From a virus (taxonomy: Duplodnaviria > Caudoviricetes): a stretch of 64,000 nucleotides of DNA. The translations under genes and the position numbers were made by a program. Below are positions 27,970 to 38,264 of the stretch, piece after piece; within the stretch, counting starts at the first letter, position 1; each line of letters opens with the position of its first letter. The notes under the pieces are model-generated. The model made no database searches. It had not been told where the DNA came from and worked only from the letters and a program-made list of their open reading frames with translations. The stretch lies in IMG/VR virus record IMGVR_UViG_3300013113_000858, positions 796-64,795 of that record; one strand, 5' to 3'.

Positions 27970-29125
27970 TGGCAATAAAAATAAATTGATTAATGGCAGC
28001 GCAAACCTGTTTAAATATTCTGAAAATCAATTCCCTCAACCGTCACGAGGGCAAGAAGATAAGTTTTCCAATAAATTAGGGCAACTGATTGCTGAACAGA
28101 ATGAGCCTGAAGGGATGTCCTTAAAGCAGCCGATCCCCGCTCTCGTATTAAAAGTTGAAGAGAAGGCAATCCCAACCCTTGGCGGGTTTCGTGATAAGAC
28201 AAACATGTATTCACAAACACCCCAAAAAACTTGCTTGAAGATTTGGTGTCACACCTATTTTGATTCGGGATTAAGTATCCCAAAAAACCTATTAACACCA
28301 GGAAAACAGATTGGGCTAATATATGAGCACTTTACCTATGAGGCGTTAAATTCAGAATTAGATTTGGTAGTGCCAAAAGCTGGTGATTTTGTGAACGTCA
28401 CACATCCATACGCATATGGATATAAAAACAAGGTCGGAGTTTACTTAGGGCCATTGGTTAAAGCGATACCTAATGCGTTCTCCCCAGCTTCAGCAAACTT
28501 TGTTAAGCCGTCTAAAAGGAGAAAATATATTCCTGAAACACTAAGAAAGTTACAGTGTGAATCTCCGAAAGCAACTACTCGCAACCCTACGTCATCCCCA
28601 ACGATTAATCAAAAGATTGCATCACTTCATCCAAAGTTTCGTTCCAAGGCAATAGCTTTCTTCAATAAAGCCGAAGATATGGGTTATCAAGTTGATATGG
28701 TTTATGGTTTTCGCAGTGTAGAATTACAGAATAATTTATATGCTCAAGGAAGAACATTCTCTGGCCCTAAAGATACAAAAGGGCGCATAGTAAACAGATC
28801 AGCAGTATGCACTTTTTCTCGTGGTGGCTCAAGTTATCACAACTATGGCCTTGCTTTTGATTTTAAAATACTTGGCTATAAAACTTGTAAGAAAAAAGCA
28901 TCAGTTGCGAACCTTGGTGTAAGAGCCCGATGGGAAGGTGGTATGGAAGAATTAGGTAAAATGGGAGAATCCTTGGGGCTAACTTGGGGTGGACGATGGA
29001 CCAAAATGAAAGACAGGCCACATTTTCAATATCGTGGAACCTCATGGAAAACTTGCCGAAGTAAGTTGGAGAAAGGCGATGTCTTCCTTGATGCAGAAAG
29101 TAATCAAACATTTGTAAATGTTTAA
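27962..29125 (+). CDS. Baseplate-associated protein with C-terminal M15 (L-Ala-D-Glu-type) peptidoglycan peptidase
   Basis: GFRS..LQNNLYAQGR, SYHNYGLAFD, WGGRW and DRPHFQ motifs; N-terminal PKAGDFVNV resembles the gp5 OB-fold; GAGG before the ATG at 27962. Confidence 0.75.
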   Translation: MSDGNKNKLINGSANLFKYSENQFPQPSRGQEDKFSNKLGQLIAEQNEPEGMSLKQPIPALVLKVEEKAIPTLGGFRDKTNMYSQTPQKTCLKIWCHTYFDSGLSIPKNLLTPGKQIGLIYEHFTYEALNSELDLVVPKAGDFVNVTHPYAYGYKNKVGVYLGPLVKAIPNAFSPASANFVKPSKRRKYIPETLRKLQCESPKATTRNPTSSPTINQKIASLHPKFRSKAIAFFNKAEDMGYQVDMVYGFRSVELQNNLYAQGRTFSGPKDTKGRIVNRSAVCTFSRGGSSYHNYGLAFDFKILGYKTCKKKASVANLGVRARWEGGMEELGKMGESLGLTWGGRWTKMKDRPHFQYRGTSWKTCRSKLEKGDVFLDAESNQTFVNV

Positions 29126-29140
29126 TATTTAGGTTAATAA

Positions 29141-30124
29141 ATGGCAAAAATTATTAAAAAAGCGTTTGATAATGTTGGGATATCTAAATCTGCTCAAACA
29201 CAGTTTAGGAATATAGACAAGTCCGATCAGGCTAGAATAAAAGGGATCTGTGGAGATCCTATGATCGAACCAGTACCAGAGTTTATATCAACTAAATCAG
29301 AGAAGATAATTAAAAACTCTAACAACTCTTGGATTGTCCTTGGTAGAGATAGATGGGGGATGAGATGCTCTGGCTACGGTGGTCGCGGCGACACACAGGC
29401 AGGATCAATTGATATTGTTGTAGGCAGAATGTCAGCTAACGCTGTTGAAGAGAACTCTGAGGGTGAAAAGATATGGGTCGATCCAAACTTTAGAACAGAC
29501 GCTGCAAGAATCTATATAAGCCAAAAAACAGATGTGGATTTAAATTTTGGCCTCGCTGCGGGTTCTATCGGAAGTCCCGGCTTGGCACCCCCAGACTCTT
29601 TACCAAATCCAGATTTAACAAAAAAATCACCCCGCTCCGCAATAGCACTTAAGGCAGATGGTCTACGATTCATTGCCCGTGAAGGGATAAAATTGATAAC
29701 CAGAACAGATGGTTTTAACTCCCAAGGAGGCAGTATTGAGAGTATTGCAGGGGTGGATATCATTGCCGGAAATGACGATTCGGATTTACAACCAATGGTA
29801 AAAGGGAAAAACTTATTAGAAGCATTTCGCAGAGTCGTTGCACATATAGATGATCTAAATGGTATTGTAGATTCTCTTCTAGCACATCAAACTACTTTCA
29901 ATGAACAGTTGGCAAATCATTTTCATTTCAGTCCTTTTTGGGGCATCGCCACAACCCCATCACCAGCAGCAGCTAATGCAGGAATCAAGACAGGTATTGA
30001 TCATTTTAGTCAGACCAAGCGATCTTTGTCCTTGCAGAAAGCTAATTTAGCGAATTTCCGTTTAACATATTTAGAACAAGCTGGTGACAAATATATAAAC
30101 AGTAGGTATAACAACTCCAATTAA
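29141..30124 (+). CDS. Baseplate spike / gp5 C-terminal-like protein
   Basis: Beta-strand-rich segments (IVLGRDR, ARIYISQ, IALKADGLRFIAREGIKL), QPMVKG and a C-terminal HFH motif; position before gp25/gp6. Confidence 0.55.
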   Translation: MAKIIKKAFDNVGISKSAQTQFRNIDKSDQARIKGICGDPMIEPVPEFISTKSEKIIKNSNNSWIVLGRDRWGMRCSGYGGRGDTQAGSIDIVVGRMSANAVEENSEGEKIWVDPNFRTDAARIYISQKTDVDLNFGLAAGSIGSPGLAPPDSLPNPDLTKKSPRSAIALKADGLRFIAREGIKLITRTDGFNSQGGSIESIAGVDIIAGNDDSDLQPMVKGKNLLEAFRRVVAHIDDLNGIVDSLLAHQTTFNEQLANHFHFSPFWGIATTPSPAAANAGIKTGIDHFSQTKRSLSLQKANLANFRLTYLEQAGDKYINSRYNNSN

Positions 30125-30125
30125 T

Positions 30126-33100
30126 ATGGCAACCATCGACAAAAATAAAGATGTTAAACCTCTGGTTAGGATTGATTGGACACGCTCAAGTGTAGATGAA
30201 CCGTTTTTCCAAGAAACTGAAACCAAAAAAGTTTTAAACCTAGATACAACTCTTCCAAATCGTTATTCCATAAGGGTTGATACCGAATTCACAGATACTG
30301 GTGGCGAAGATTTAGCTGCAAGAATGGAAAGTGCTAAATATATTGGTGTTTCCAAAATACTGGAGTTTTATAATAAAAAACCTGGCGAAGCAGACATTGG
30401 CATAGCTGAGGATTGGTATCTACCAGAAAGACCAGGGTCGAAATTAAGAGTATTGGTATCCATATCAGAAGATAATGTGGATAAAAGGGAAGCCTTGCCG
30501 ATCCCTACAATATCTGAACTGCCAGCTCCTTGGGAAGAAATACAGTTTAGTACATTCAATTTAGATAAGAAGATAAAAAACATATCTGAACTTTTAAATA
30601 AATACAAAAAAGAACTGGATGATCTTCGCGGAAAAGCCATTGGAATAGATATAACCTTAGAATATAATAATTTACTTAATTTTACCCCATCTTTGACATC
30701 ACTCATGAGTTCTAACGGCTATGTTTACGACTCATCAAACTCAAACCTTCTAACGATGGGGATTGACAAAGACTATAATGTTCTTTATACAATGTTGAAT
30801 GATGGTAATGGGTATAACAATTTATATAACAAGTTTAACTTGTTTAAGAAAGCCCCCGCAATCAAAAATGATAGAACCATCTACTTTTTATCAAAATTAG
30901 ATGAATTAAACAAACTATCAAAAACAGATGATTATCCCTCGTTATCATCATTTTTTGATGAATATGTTTTAAATCCACCGATAATTGACTTCTCAAAGCC
31001 ACCACCACAAAGTTATGTTCCAGATGAAGAAGTTGACAGGATACACCAAGAGTGGTTAAAAGCAAGATTCCCTGGCCCAAAAACTCAAAAAGAACTAGAA
31101 GAGCAAAACAAAAAATTAGAGTCACAAAAAATGAAAGCAGAGCTTCAAAAACTGCTTGATAGTAAATCGGAATTTGTGAATGATTATTTAATCGGGTCGA
31201 TTGGTTCTTTGTCAGATGGAATGGCTTGGGTTGATGGAAAAATTGATTATGTTTTTGACAACCTATTAAACAAATTTCCAATCCAAAATCTTATAACGTC
31301 AGCACTTGAGTGTCTAGGGTTCAGAGGAACAGAATTTTGGGCCATTTCTAAACAGTTTTTAAACAATGCAGAGATGTTTTTAAAGGACTCCAACAGATTA
31401 TTTGATTTACCATTACAAAACTTCCCAGATGATTTTCCAATTGTAAATTATATGAAAGATATTGGAATTAAAATTTTAAACGGTATGCTGGAAGCCATCG
31501 TACAAACATTAATTAAGATGGTTATGATGGTTTTGGAAGCTCTTTTAGACTTTTGTTCCGGTTGTGTTGGTCCCGGTGGCTCAAATTTTGCATTCGGCAA
31601 GCTAAACCTAGGAGATTTAACCGCCAAACTCGGAGCAGAATTTGCCATGGGTGTTGTTGGTGCTGTGGATAATGGCCTACAACAATCAGGAGTAAAACAA
31701 TTAAGTGCAGAGGTTGTAGAGCAAACAAACCAATGGGCAAAAAATCCAGTTTTACTACCAGGCGAAAAGAATGCAGTTAGTTTAATAACGAAAGAATCGG
31801 GAGAATCAGAAGAGTTAAACAAAGAAGATTTACAGCAACAAGCATCCCAGATGAAGGTAATATCTGCCAAAAAAGAAATGAGTAAGTTTTTGGATGCAGC
31901 ATCAGCAGTTTTAACACCTGGTGAAGCTGGCAACCTCTTGCTTGGGTGTAACGTCGGTAATGAACCGGTCAATGCAATTAGAAATTTGTTAGATAATTTT
32001 CCAGCAATTAAAGCTGTGATGGCCCCCAATGACATAAAAGACAGTGATATCAAGTCTTGGTTTAAAACTTTTGGAGATTTAGTTTCCGCACCAGCAATTT
32101 TATCTACAATTGCAGACGTTAACGACTCTCTTCCTGAACAATTTCGGTGTCTGTGTGATGAAGATGAATCAAATCTGAGAGCAGATCTGTTAAATAATCG
32201 AGCAACTCGCTCACAGATTGAAGAACAATTAGAAAAGTCAAAAGACAGAAGGGAAAAAGAGTTAAAAGACTTGGCAGACTTGTTAAATAAAGGAAACTTT
32301 ATGGACAATGTTCTTCCATCAATTTACTGCTCTAAGAATCCTGATGGAACAATTAAGCCAGGATTGATTGAGAATGATCACCCAAGCATGTCTTTTATGA
32401 TGGATAGCGTTCTCGATACGGTTTATGACAACATAGCTTTATCTTACAATCAGGATGTTGCGGGATTAATTCCGTCCATGATGGTGACTTCGCTTGGAGA
32501 AGAAGAGGTACAGAGAACAAACCGAGTAAATGTTCCAAATATTGGCTGGACACGAGTTTTAAATCCGAGATTTGTTGAATTGGTAAACCAAGGCGTTTAT
32601 TCATATGGTTCAGTTTCACACGATGCAATAAACCCAGGATTTTCTGGAAACCAAAATAAAGTATTTCCAGATGGTAGAACAGTGGATCAAAGAGGTCATC
32701 GCGGCTGGGCACAAGAAGAAGGTAAGTGGTTTGGGCTCGGCGGTGGTACTCCTGCCGACGCTGAACTTCAATACCCACACAACGCAGGACAATGGGATGC
32801 AGGCCAAACAAGACCAACCGGAGAACAAGAATACCAATGGGAAATCGCTCAATTAGCTGATGCTGCAATAAACAACACTCAAGCAGGTAGATATTCGTTA
32901 GACTTCAGATACAATGGTTCAAGATTCCCGACTAATGGAGAAATGACCGCGAAGTTTGGATATTCCCCAGTTCCAGTAAAAGCTTCTAAAAATTTAGGTA
33001 AAGAGTTCATTCCTGGTCTCAAAGATTCGTTTGAGAATTTTTGTAGCGGAAATAATTTAGAAATTTTTGATCGAGAGCAGTTTCATATTTACGGTTTCAA

Positions 33101-36100
33101 TATTCCGAATAAAATACTAGAGCAAACTGGTATGAGTGTTGACCAGATTAAAAAATTATCTGATAATCAAGTTCAAAGCGCAGGATCAGTGGTAGGATTA
33201 TCAAATCAGCAAATGGGAGACGCCTTTACTGCAATATCTAAAGTGGCTTCTGCTATTCAAAAATCCAAATTTGAAATTGATTATATAGTTCCGTTTGGAA
33301 GTTCGCTCAATACGGCTGGGAAGCAATTAGATTCATTTGCACTCAGCGTGGTACTATCACCCATGGAAGATGGTCAAAGCAGCCCATATATGTTCCCCTT
33401 GTCTTTCCAGAGAAGCGACAAGACAATCGATGAAAAAGCAAATTATGTAATTTCTCTAAAAGGGTTGGATATTGCTACCGAAGCTGGCCCTCACATACCT
33501 CAAGAGAAATACTTTGTTAAATTATTAAAAGATTCTTGGAATAATGGCGGCTCTGTATGGAACAACAACGAACGTGTAACAGATAAGCCAATTTATGGGA
33601 GTGGAATAGATAAAGTACCACAACCATCATCATTGCAATCTGATCCTATAAAGGATGAATATTATGATTCTGATGCCTATGATCAGATATTCAAGGAGTT
33701 ATATTGCAGCTTTACTAATCAAATTGCAAAGTCTCCATATTTAGATGGCGCTAATATAAATAAATTAAACTTTCACCCAATGAGACAAATTGGTGGTCCA
33801 AATTGTAACCCCCACTTGCTAGATCTTGAGGCAATAAAAGATCGAATAAAGAAAGAATATACAGTCATACAATGCATAGAAGCTTCATACCCTAGCGTTG
33901 ATGGGTTGGGTAGTAACAAAGATAATCCATTTGAACAAGCAAACTTCAGTGGTGCAGTCCTAACAGCAATTAGGACTTATACGATGGAAGTTTTATTGAG
34001 ATCTGTTTTTTCCTTTTATTGGTTCCGATATCAGACAGCAGCAGATGTGGACCAATTGTTAGTAAGTTATATAGCAAATATAATAACTGGTGATATTAGT
34101 GCTAGAAGTAATCCCCCGAATACTGACGGTAACTATATTGTTATCTTTAAAGAGCAGGTCTTGAAACTTTACAACAGAAATCGTCCACCTGCTGAAAAAC
34201 TGTCTAACTACAAAAAAGCACTTGAATATTTGGTTCGCCAACAAATTTTTTCTTGCACTCAAAGGCTATCAAATGTCGTCGGGTCTGTTGGAGAAACATC
34301 GATAGATACGATCCTGTTAGAAGAGTGGCTTCCAACTTATAATGTCCCTAACGTGGATGGAAAGTCTTTAAATGCTTATGGTGAGTGGGCAAATAGATTT
34401 GAACAACAACCTGAAAGTTTTTCAAATGCATCTGGCAAACAATTTGTTGAACCACAAGAAGCGTTATCTTTGGCTCCATATGGCGAACTAAGTGATGAAA
34501 AACTAGTTAATGGTCGTTTAGGTTTCGGATTAGCAAGAACACCAGAGATTCAAGTCCGAGGACCAGGAACCGGATTCTTTCATTTCTATCCTGTCGGCTC
34601 ATTTTTTAGAGAATTTTATTCTGATCCTGTAAACCGTTCGACTGCTCAAGAGATGCCAAACGGTTCGCTGATCGGTCCTGGGCTGCCCAAAAATATTTGG
34701 TCATATGAGGAGAGTACAACCTCAGAACCAGCCCCCAATTTAACATGGATTAGGGGAGACGCAAATTATCTATCCCGAAGCAAAGAGAACGCAGATAGGG
34801 AAAAGATGATTTTGTGGAACTCTGCGCTTCTTCAATTAAACCAAAATAAAGATCCCACCATAAAACAAAACCCAGTTTATAAGTTTGGTGTTTCTGATTC
34901 TGAAAAACAAGGGATGGAAATAATAAACAATTTTATGTTTGCCTCAACGAAGTGGACGCCGCAGCGAAGGCAGGAAATCGCTGATGTTCGCGATATTAGC
35001 GAAGCAGATAGAAGAAGCGCAGCAGCCAAACCAGGATACCAGCCAGAAGATATACACTATTATCCTGGTTCATGGTTGAGAGTACACTCTAAGCAAGTCC
35101 GTCGAACAGAAACAGTTGGGGTTGAACTTAAAGGCAATGATATATGGAGAAGAGTTTTTCCTGTTGGTAAAAACGGAAGTTCAATCCAAGATGTTCAAAC
35201 CAGGCACGTCGAAGAATCCGAAGAAGTAGGCTCAGTTCAGCGCAGGACTTATTCAGGAGTTGTATCCCCACCAGTTGGTGACGGAGACAATTTTAGTGAA
35301 TTCGGTGAAGATTATGTTGTAGCAAGCAGGACAAGAAGCCAAAATGCAAGGATTACGGTCCAAACCCCAGTAAGGTGGGTGGAGATAGGTGGCGTTAGAA
35401 CTGGCCCTTGGGTGTTTGACGGTAACTCTGAGGAATGGATTAATGAAGGTGGCCCCCTCCAAACACAGGATACTTTAACTAATACATTCCTTGGAACTAA
35501 AAATTCGTCCGGCGCTTATTCAGGCGGCGTTTTGACCCCAACAAGAGGTCGCCAAAGCACAAATCATCTAGCATATTTCCAACGAACTATTAATTTATTA
35601 AATTTAGGTAAAATACCTTATATGAGTTTGTTGGATTTCGATCTAAAAGATGGATTACTCATACTACAGTGGGAGCTTGAACACTGGAAATCTGTTCAGA
35701 GAGATGACAATACATCTCCAGAATGGTTACAAGAATTAATAAACAAATATGAAAATATTTGGATCCCTAAATGGATCGAGGCTCATGATTTATTGCAGTC
35801 TGCTGCAAGTGAAAGAATGTTAATGCGCTCGTCGGTTGAGGAAAGGTTAAGAAATTACCCAGTTGCCCGTCGCGAAATGGCGACACCATTGACATTTGAT
35901 ATGTCGAATGGGAATATAATACAGGAAATCTATTTAAGAATCGAGGAGTTAGACGCTTCACCAGACCAAAAAGTGTTTGTAAATTATGATGACTTAGTAA
36001 TGAATCATCAGTTTGTGGATGATAGGGATGATTCTTTGAGAGGCGTGGTCAATATCGACGCCTTCCAGGACTATATCACTAATAAGTTCAAAAATGTTCC

Positions 36101-37844
36101 TGACCTAAACACACTAAAGAAGATTATTCAAGGTTTTGATCCGTTAAACGTGGAAGAATGCGGTGAAGATTTAAAGAAGCTGAAGTTTATTCCATTAGAA
36201 GATGAACATCAAGAGTTGGAGTTAAGGGATTTCTTTTCCAAAATTAGTGTTGGTGTAAGAATTTCTTACATATCGCCACTGGAGGATTTCCAAGAAGTAA
36301 GCCAACAACCAGCCCAGGGAACAGCAGTGGCTAATAATCCATTAGGCGGCGCACTTGAGACTGCTCAATCAGGTGTCGGAGATCGATTTTCGTCGGTAAG
36401 AACTCGAAATCCAAATTGGAGGAATGTAGCTCATAAAGAAAAAGCATATTTTGTTAAAGAAACTTCTGATGATAATACTCTTGAGAGAAGGGTGAATACG
36501 GTCCCAATTATTTCCTTTGAGTACCCGATCAATATGGAGGCAAATCTTGATATAAATCCTGGAAATGTCTTACATATTTCTGAAGAAACCCGTAAAAGAC
36601 CTATTAGAAACATCCAAAACAGACCAACTGGTGTTATGGAAGAATATGTTTATGGATTGGGATTTTTTAGAAAACAATATGAAAATCATGTTAATCGGTA
36701 TGACAAGAATCTGTTAAAGGGTCTGCAAGCAACACCAGAGTATAAGTTACTGTTTAAATATCTGTTTCCTCTAGATAGGATGTTAGCGATAACAAATGTA
36801 TATTCCCACACATATGTTTCTGGTCTTAGAGAGATTGATGGTGTTTTTGATACTACGAAGGAAAATATAAAACAACTTTTCTTTATCCTCGACGGTTCAG
36901 GGAACCCGTATTGCCCAACATATCCAAGCAACATGGACTTGATGGACGCTCTTTTGAACGGCTTGGATGTCCCTGGTATGGCTGGACAAATTGCAATGAT
37001 GATAGCCAAAACTTCTCTGCTAATTTTTAAAGGCTTTATGGAAACAGCAGATCCAAACATAGCGATGACTCGTAAAGTAATTGATATTATTCACCTTTCC
37101 AATCGTGCAATTGCTCAAGGTCTATCACTTGCAAACCAAGCACAAGAAATAGGCACTTCAATTGGAGACTTGTTTTCAACTTGTGAGGGAAGTGCTGAAG
37201 ATGCAAAAGAAAGGATTGTTGATGAAGCAAACCAAATGATTGGGTGGGCAAGAGAGATTCGAGAAACATCCCAAAGAGAACCCGAGTGGACTAAGGATAA
37301 GATAATTTTAGAGGTTGGGATAAATTCTAAAAAAGTTAATGGAACATTTAAACTGCTTAACCTTATCGACCAAAATCCAAGTTGGACAGGGGAAAAAATA
37401 TTTGAAGAGGCTCAGAAACAAAACCCCAACACTATCAATTTAACTAAGATAGCAGAGCAACAGTGTGATCTTGAAGGTTGCTCCTCCACAAACACTAGAC
37501 CTCCAGGTGTTCCACCAGATGCTTGGTTCGACCCAATTGATCAAAATTTTATACCAGAACCACAAGCTTGGATGATTTCTTTGGCACTTTTCCCTGGTCT
37601 ATTATTTCCACCCCTCAACGGCATTCCGATGACACCCTTTGGTTTTGTTTACTGGGCACTTGATTACAAACCTGATCCCAACTGGTTACATGGGCCAGCT
37701 TCCGAAGATTTCTTGCACAAACTATTTAGTAAAGAAGCTGACGACGCAACCAGGGAATTGCTCGGCGCACCCCCTGCAAGTTGTGCAGTTGATTTAGGTT
37801 TGCCTCCACCTGGGGTGCCTGGACTAAGCGAAGGAGAGGAATAG
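30126..37844 (+). CDS. Very large (2572 aa) virion-associated protein of unknown function
   Basis: Uninterrupted 7.7-kb ORF between spike-like and gp25-like genes; helical and amphipathic termini. Confidence 0.6.
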   Translation: MATIDKNKDVKPLVRIDWTRSSVDEPFFQETETKKVLNLDTTLPNRYSIRVDTEFTDTGGEDLAARMESAKYIGVSKILEFYNKKPGEADIGIAEDWYLPERPGSKLRVLVSISEDNVDKREALPIPTISELPAPWEEIQFSTFNLDKKIKNISELLNKYKKELDDLRGKAIGIDITLEYNNLLNFTPSLTSLMSSNGYVYDSSNSNLLTMGIDKDYNVLYTMLNDGNGYNNLYNKFNLFKKAPAIKNDRTIYFLSKLDELNKLSKTDDYPSLSSFFDEYVLNPPIIDFSKPPPQSYVPDEEVDRIHQEWLKARFPGPKTQKELEEQNKKLESQKMKAELQKLLDSKSEFVNDYLIGSIGSLSDGMAWVDGKIDYVFDNLLNKFPIQNLITSALECLGFRGTEFWAISKQFLNNAEMFLKDSNRLFDLPLQNFPDDFPIVNYMKDIGIKILNGMLEAIVQTLIKMVMMVLEALLDFCSGCVGPGGSNFAFGKLNLGDLTAKLGAEFAMGVVGAVDNGLQQSGVKQLSAEVVEQTNQWAKNPVLLPGEKNAVSLITKESGESEELNKEDLQQQASQMKVISAKKEMSKFLDAASAVLTPGEAGNLLLGCNVGNEPVNAIRNLLDNFPAIKAVMAPNDIKDSDIKSWFKTFGDLVSAPAILSTIADVNDSLPEQFRCLCDEDESNLRADLLNNRATRSQIEEQLEKSKDRREKELKDLADLLNKGNFMDNVLPSIYCSKNPDGTIKPGLIENDHPSMSFMMDSVLDTVYDNIALSYNQDVAGLIPSMMVTSLGEEEVQRTNRVNVPNIGWTRVLNPRFVELVNQGVYSYGSVSHDAINPGFSGNQNKVFPDGRTVDQRGHRGWAQEEGKWFGLGGGTPADAELQYPHNAGQWDAGQTRPTGEQEYQWEIAQLADAAINNTQAGRYSLDFRYNGSRFPTNGEMTAKFGYSPVPVKASKNLGKEFIPGLKDSFENFCSGNNLEIFDREQFHIYGFNIPNKILEQTGMSVDQIKKLSDNQVQSAGSVVGLSNQQMGDAFTAISKVASAIQKSKFEIDYIVPFGSSLNTAGKQLDSFALSVVLSPMEDGQSSPYMFPLSFQRSDKTIDEKANYVISLKGLDIATEAGPHIPQEKYFVKLLKDSWNNGGSVWNNNERVTDKPIYGSGIDKVPQPSSLQSDPIKDEYYDSDAYDQIFKELYCSFTNQIAKSPYLDGANINKLNFHPMRQIGGPNCNPHLLDLEAIKDRIKKEYTVIQCIEASYPSVDGLGSNKDNPFEQANFSGAVLTAIRTYTMEVLLRSVFSFYWFRYQTAADVDQLLVSYIANIITGDISARSNPPNTDGNYIVIFKEQVLKLYNRNRPPAEKLSNYKKALEYLVRQQIFSCTQRLSNVVGSVGETSIDTILLEEWLPTYNVPNVDGKSLNAYGEWANRFEQQPESFSNASGKQFVEPQEALSLAPYGELSDEKLVNGRLGFGLARTPEIQVRGPGTGFFHFYPVGSFFREFYSDPVNRSTAQEMPNGSLIGPGLPKNIWSYEESTTSEPAPNLTWIRGDANYLSRSKENADREKMILWNSALLQLNQNKDPTIKQNPVYKFGVSDSEKQGMEIINNFMFASTKWTPQRRQEIADVRDISEADRRSAAAKPGYQPEDIHYYPGSWLRVHSKQVRRTETVGVELKGNDIWRRVFPVGKNGSSIQDVQTRHVEESEEVGSVQRRTYSGVVSPPVGDGDNFSEFGEDYVVASRTRSQNARITVQTPVRWVEIGGVRTGPWVFDGNSEEWINEGGPLQTQDTLTNTFLGTKNSSGAYSGGVLTPTRGRQSTNHLAYFQRTINLLNLGKIPYMSLLDFDLKDGLLILQWELEHWKSVQRDDNTSPEWLQELINKYENIWIPKWIEAHDLLQSAASERMLMRSSVEERLRNYPVARREMATPLTFDMSNGNIIQEIYLRIEELDASPDQKVFVNYDDLVMNHQFVDDRDDSLRGVVNIDAFQDYITNKFKNVPDLNTLKKIIQGFDPLNVEECGEDLKKLKFIPLEDEHQELELRDFFSKISVGVRISYISPLEDFQEVSQQPAQGTAVANNPLGGALETAQSGVGDRFSSVRTRNPNWRNVAHKEKAYFVKETSDDNTLERRVNTVPIISFEYPINMEANLDINPGNVLHISEETRKRPIRNIQNRPTGVMEEYVYGLGFFRKQYENHVNRYDKNLLKGLQATPEYKLLFKYLFPLDRMLAITNVYSHTYVSGLREIDGVFDTTKENIKQLFFILDGSGNPYCPTYPSNMDLMDALLNGLDVPGMAGQIAMMIAKTSLLIFKGFMETADPNIAMTRKVIDIIHLSNRAIAQGLSLANQAQEIGTSIGDLFSTCEGSAEDAKERIVDEANQMIGWAREIRETSQREPEWTKDKIILEVGINSKKVNGTFKLLNLIDQNPSWTGEKIFEEAQKQNPNTINLTKIAEQQCDLEGCSSTNTRPPGVPPDAWFDPIDQNFIPEPQAWMISLALFPGLLFPPLNGIPMTPFGFVYWALDYKPDPNWLHGPASEDFLHKLFSKEADDATRELLGAPPASCAVDLGLPPPGVPGLSEGEE

Positions 37845-37847
37845 CAA

Positions 37848-38243
37848 GTGGCGAACTCATTAACCCCAAAATTACCATTACACAAAAACACAGAGGAAGA
37901 CTATACCTCAATAAAAGAATATCGAGAGCTGGTAAAACAAAACTTTAAAAACTTGATGCTAACCGTCCCTGGTGAAAGAATTATGGATTTAGATTTTGGT
38001 ATAGGCTTGAGGAGGTTCTTGTTTGAATTGGATACCCCAATTCTATATGGAAAAATTTCAGCAAGAGTTTCAGAGCAAGTCAAAAGATATTTGCCTTATG
38101 TTGAGATATTAAATTTTCAATTTAGTTCGGGTCAAACCCCAAACTCTGGTGTTCCGATTAACGTTTTGCAGGTAAGTGTAGACTATTTAATAAAGCCATT
38201 GGAATCAGTGGACAAACTAGAAATAACTTTACCAGGAAACTAA
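37848..38243 (+). CDS. Baseplate wedge protein, T4 gp25-like
   Basis: KQNFKNLMLTVPGERIMDLDFGIGLRRFLFE and YLPYV are the gp25/GPW signature. Confidence 0.9.
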   Translation: MANSLTPKLPLHKNTEEDYTSIKEYRELVKQNFKNLMLTVPGERIMDLDFGIGLRRFLFELDTPILYGKISARVSEQVKRYLPYVEILNFQFSSGQTPNSGVPINVLQVSVDYLIKPLESVDKLEITLPGN

Positions 38244-38264
38244 TTATTCGATGAGGAAAGTCTA

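Noticed and set aside
31448-32308. 286-aa minus-strand ORF, and the many other short antisense or nested ORFs in the track
   Set aside because: They lie wholly opposite or inside long motif-bearing genes, have no recognisable motifs and show the Ser/Phe/Leu-rich composition of shadow frames.
37270-37425. NPSWTGEKIFEEAQK, resembling a heme-peroxidase helix motif, and its partial repeat EPEWTKDKIILE
   Set aside because: It is a short isolated match with no other peroxidase motifs, most likely a small internal duplication or chance.
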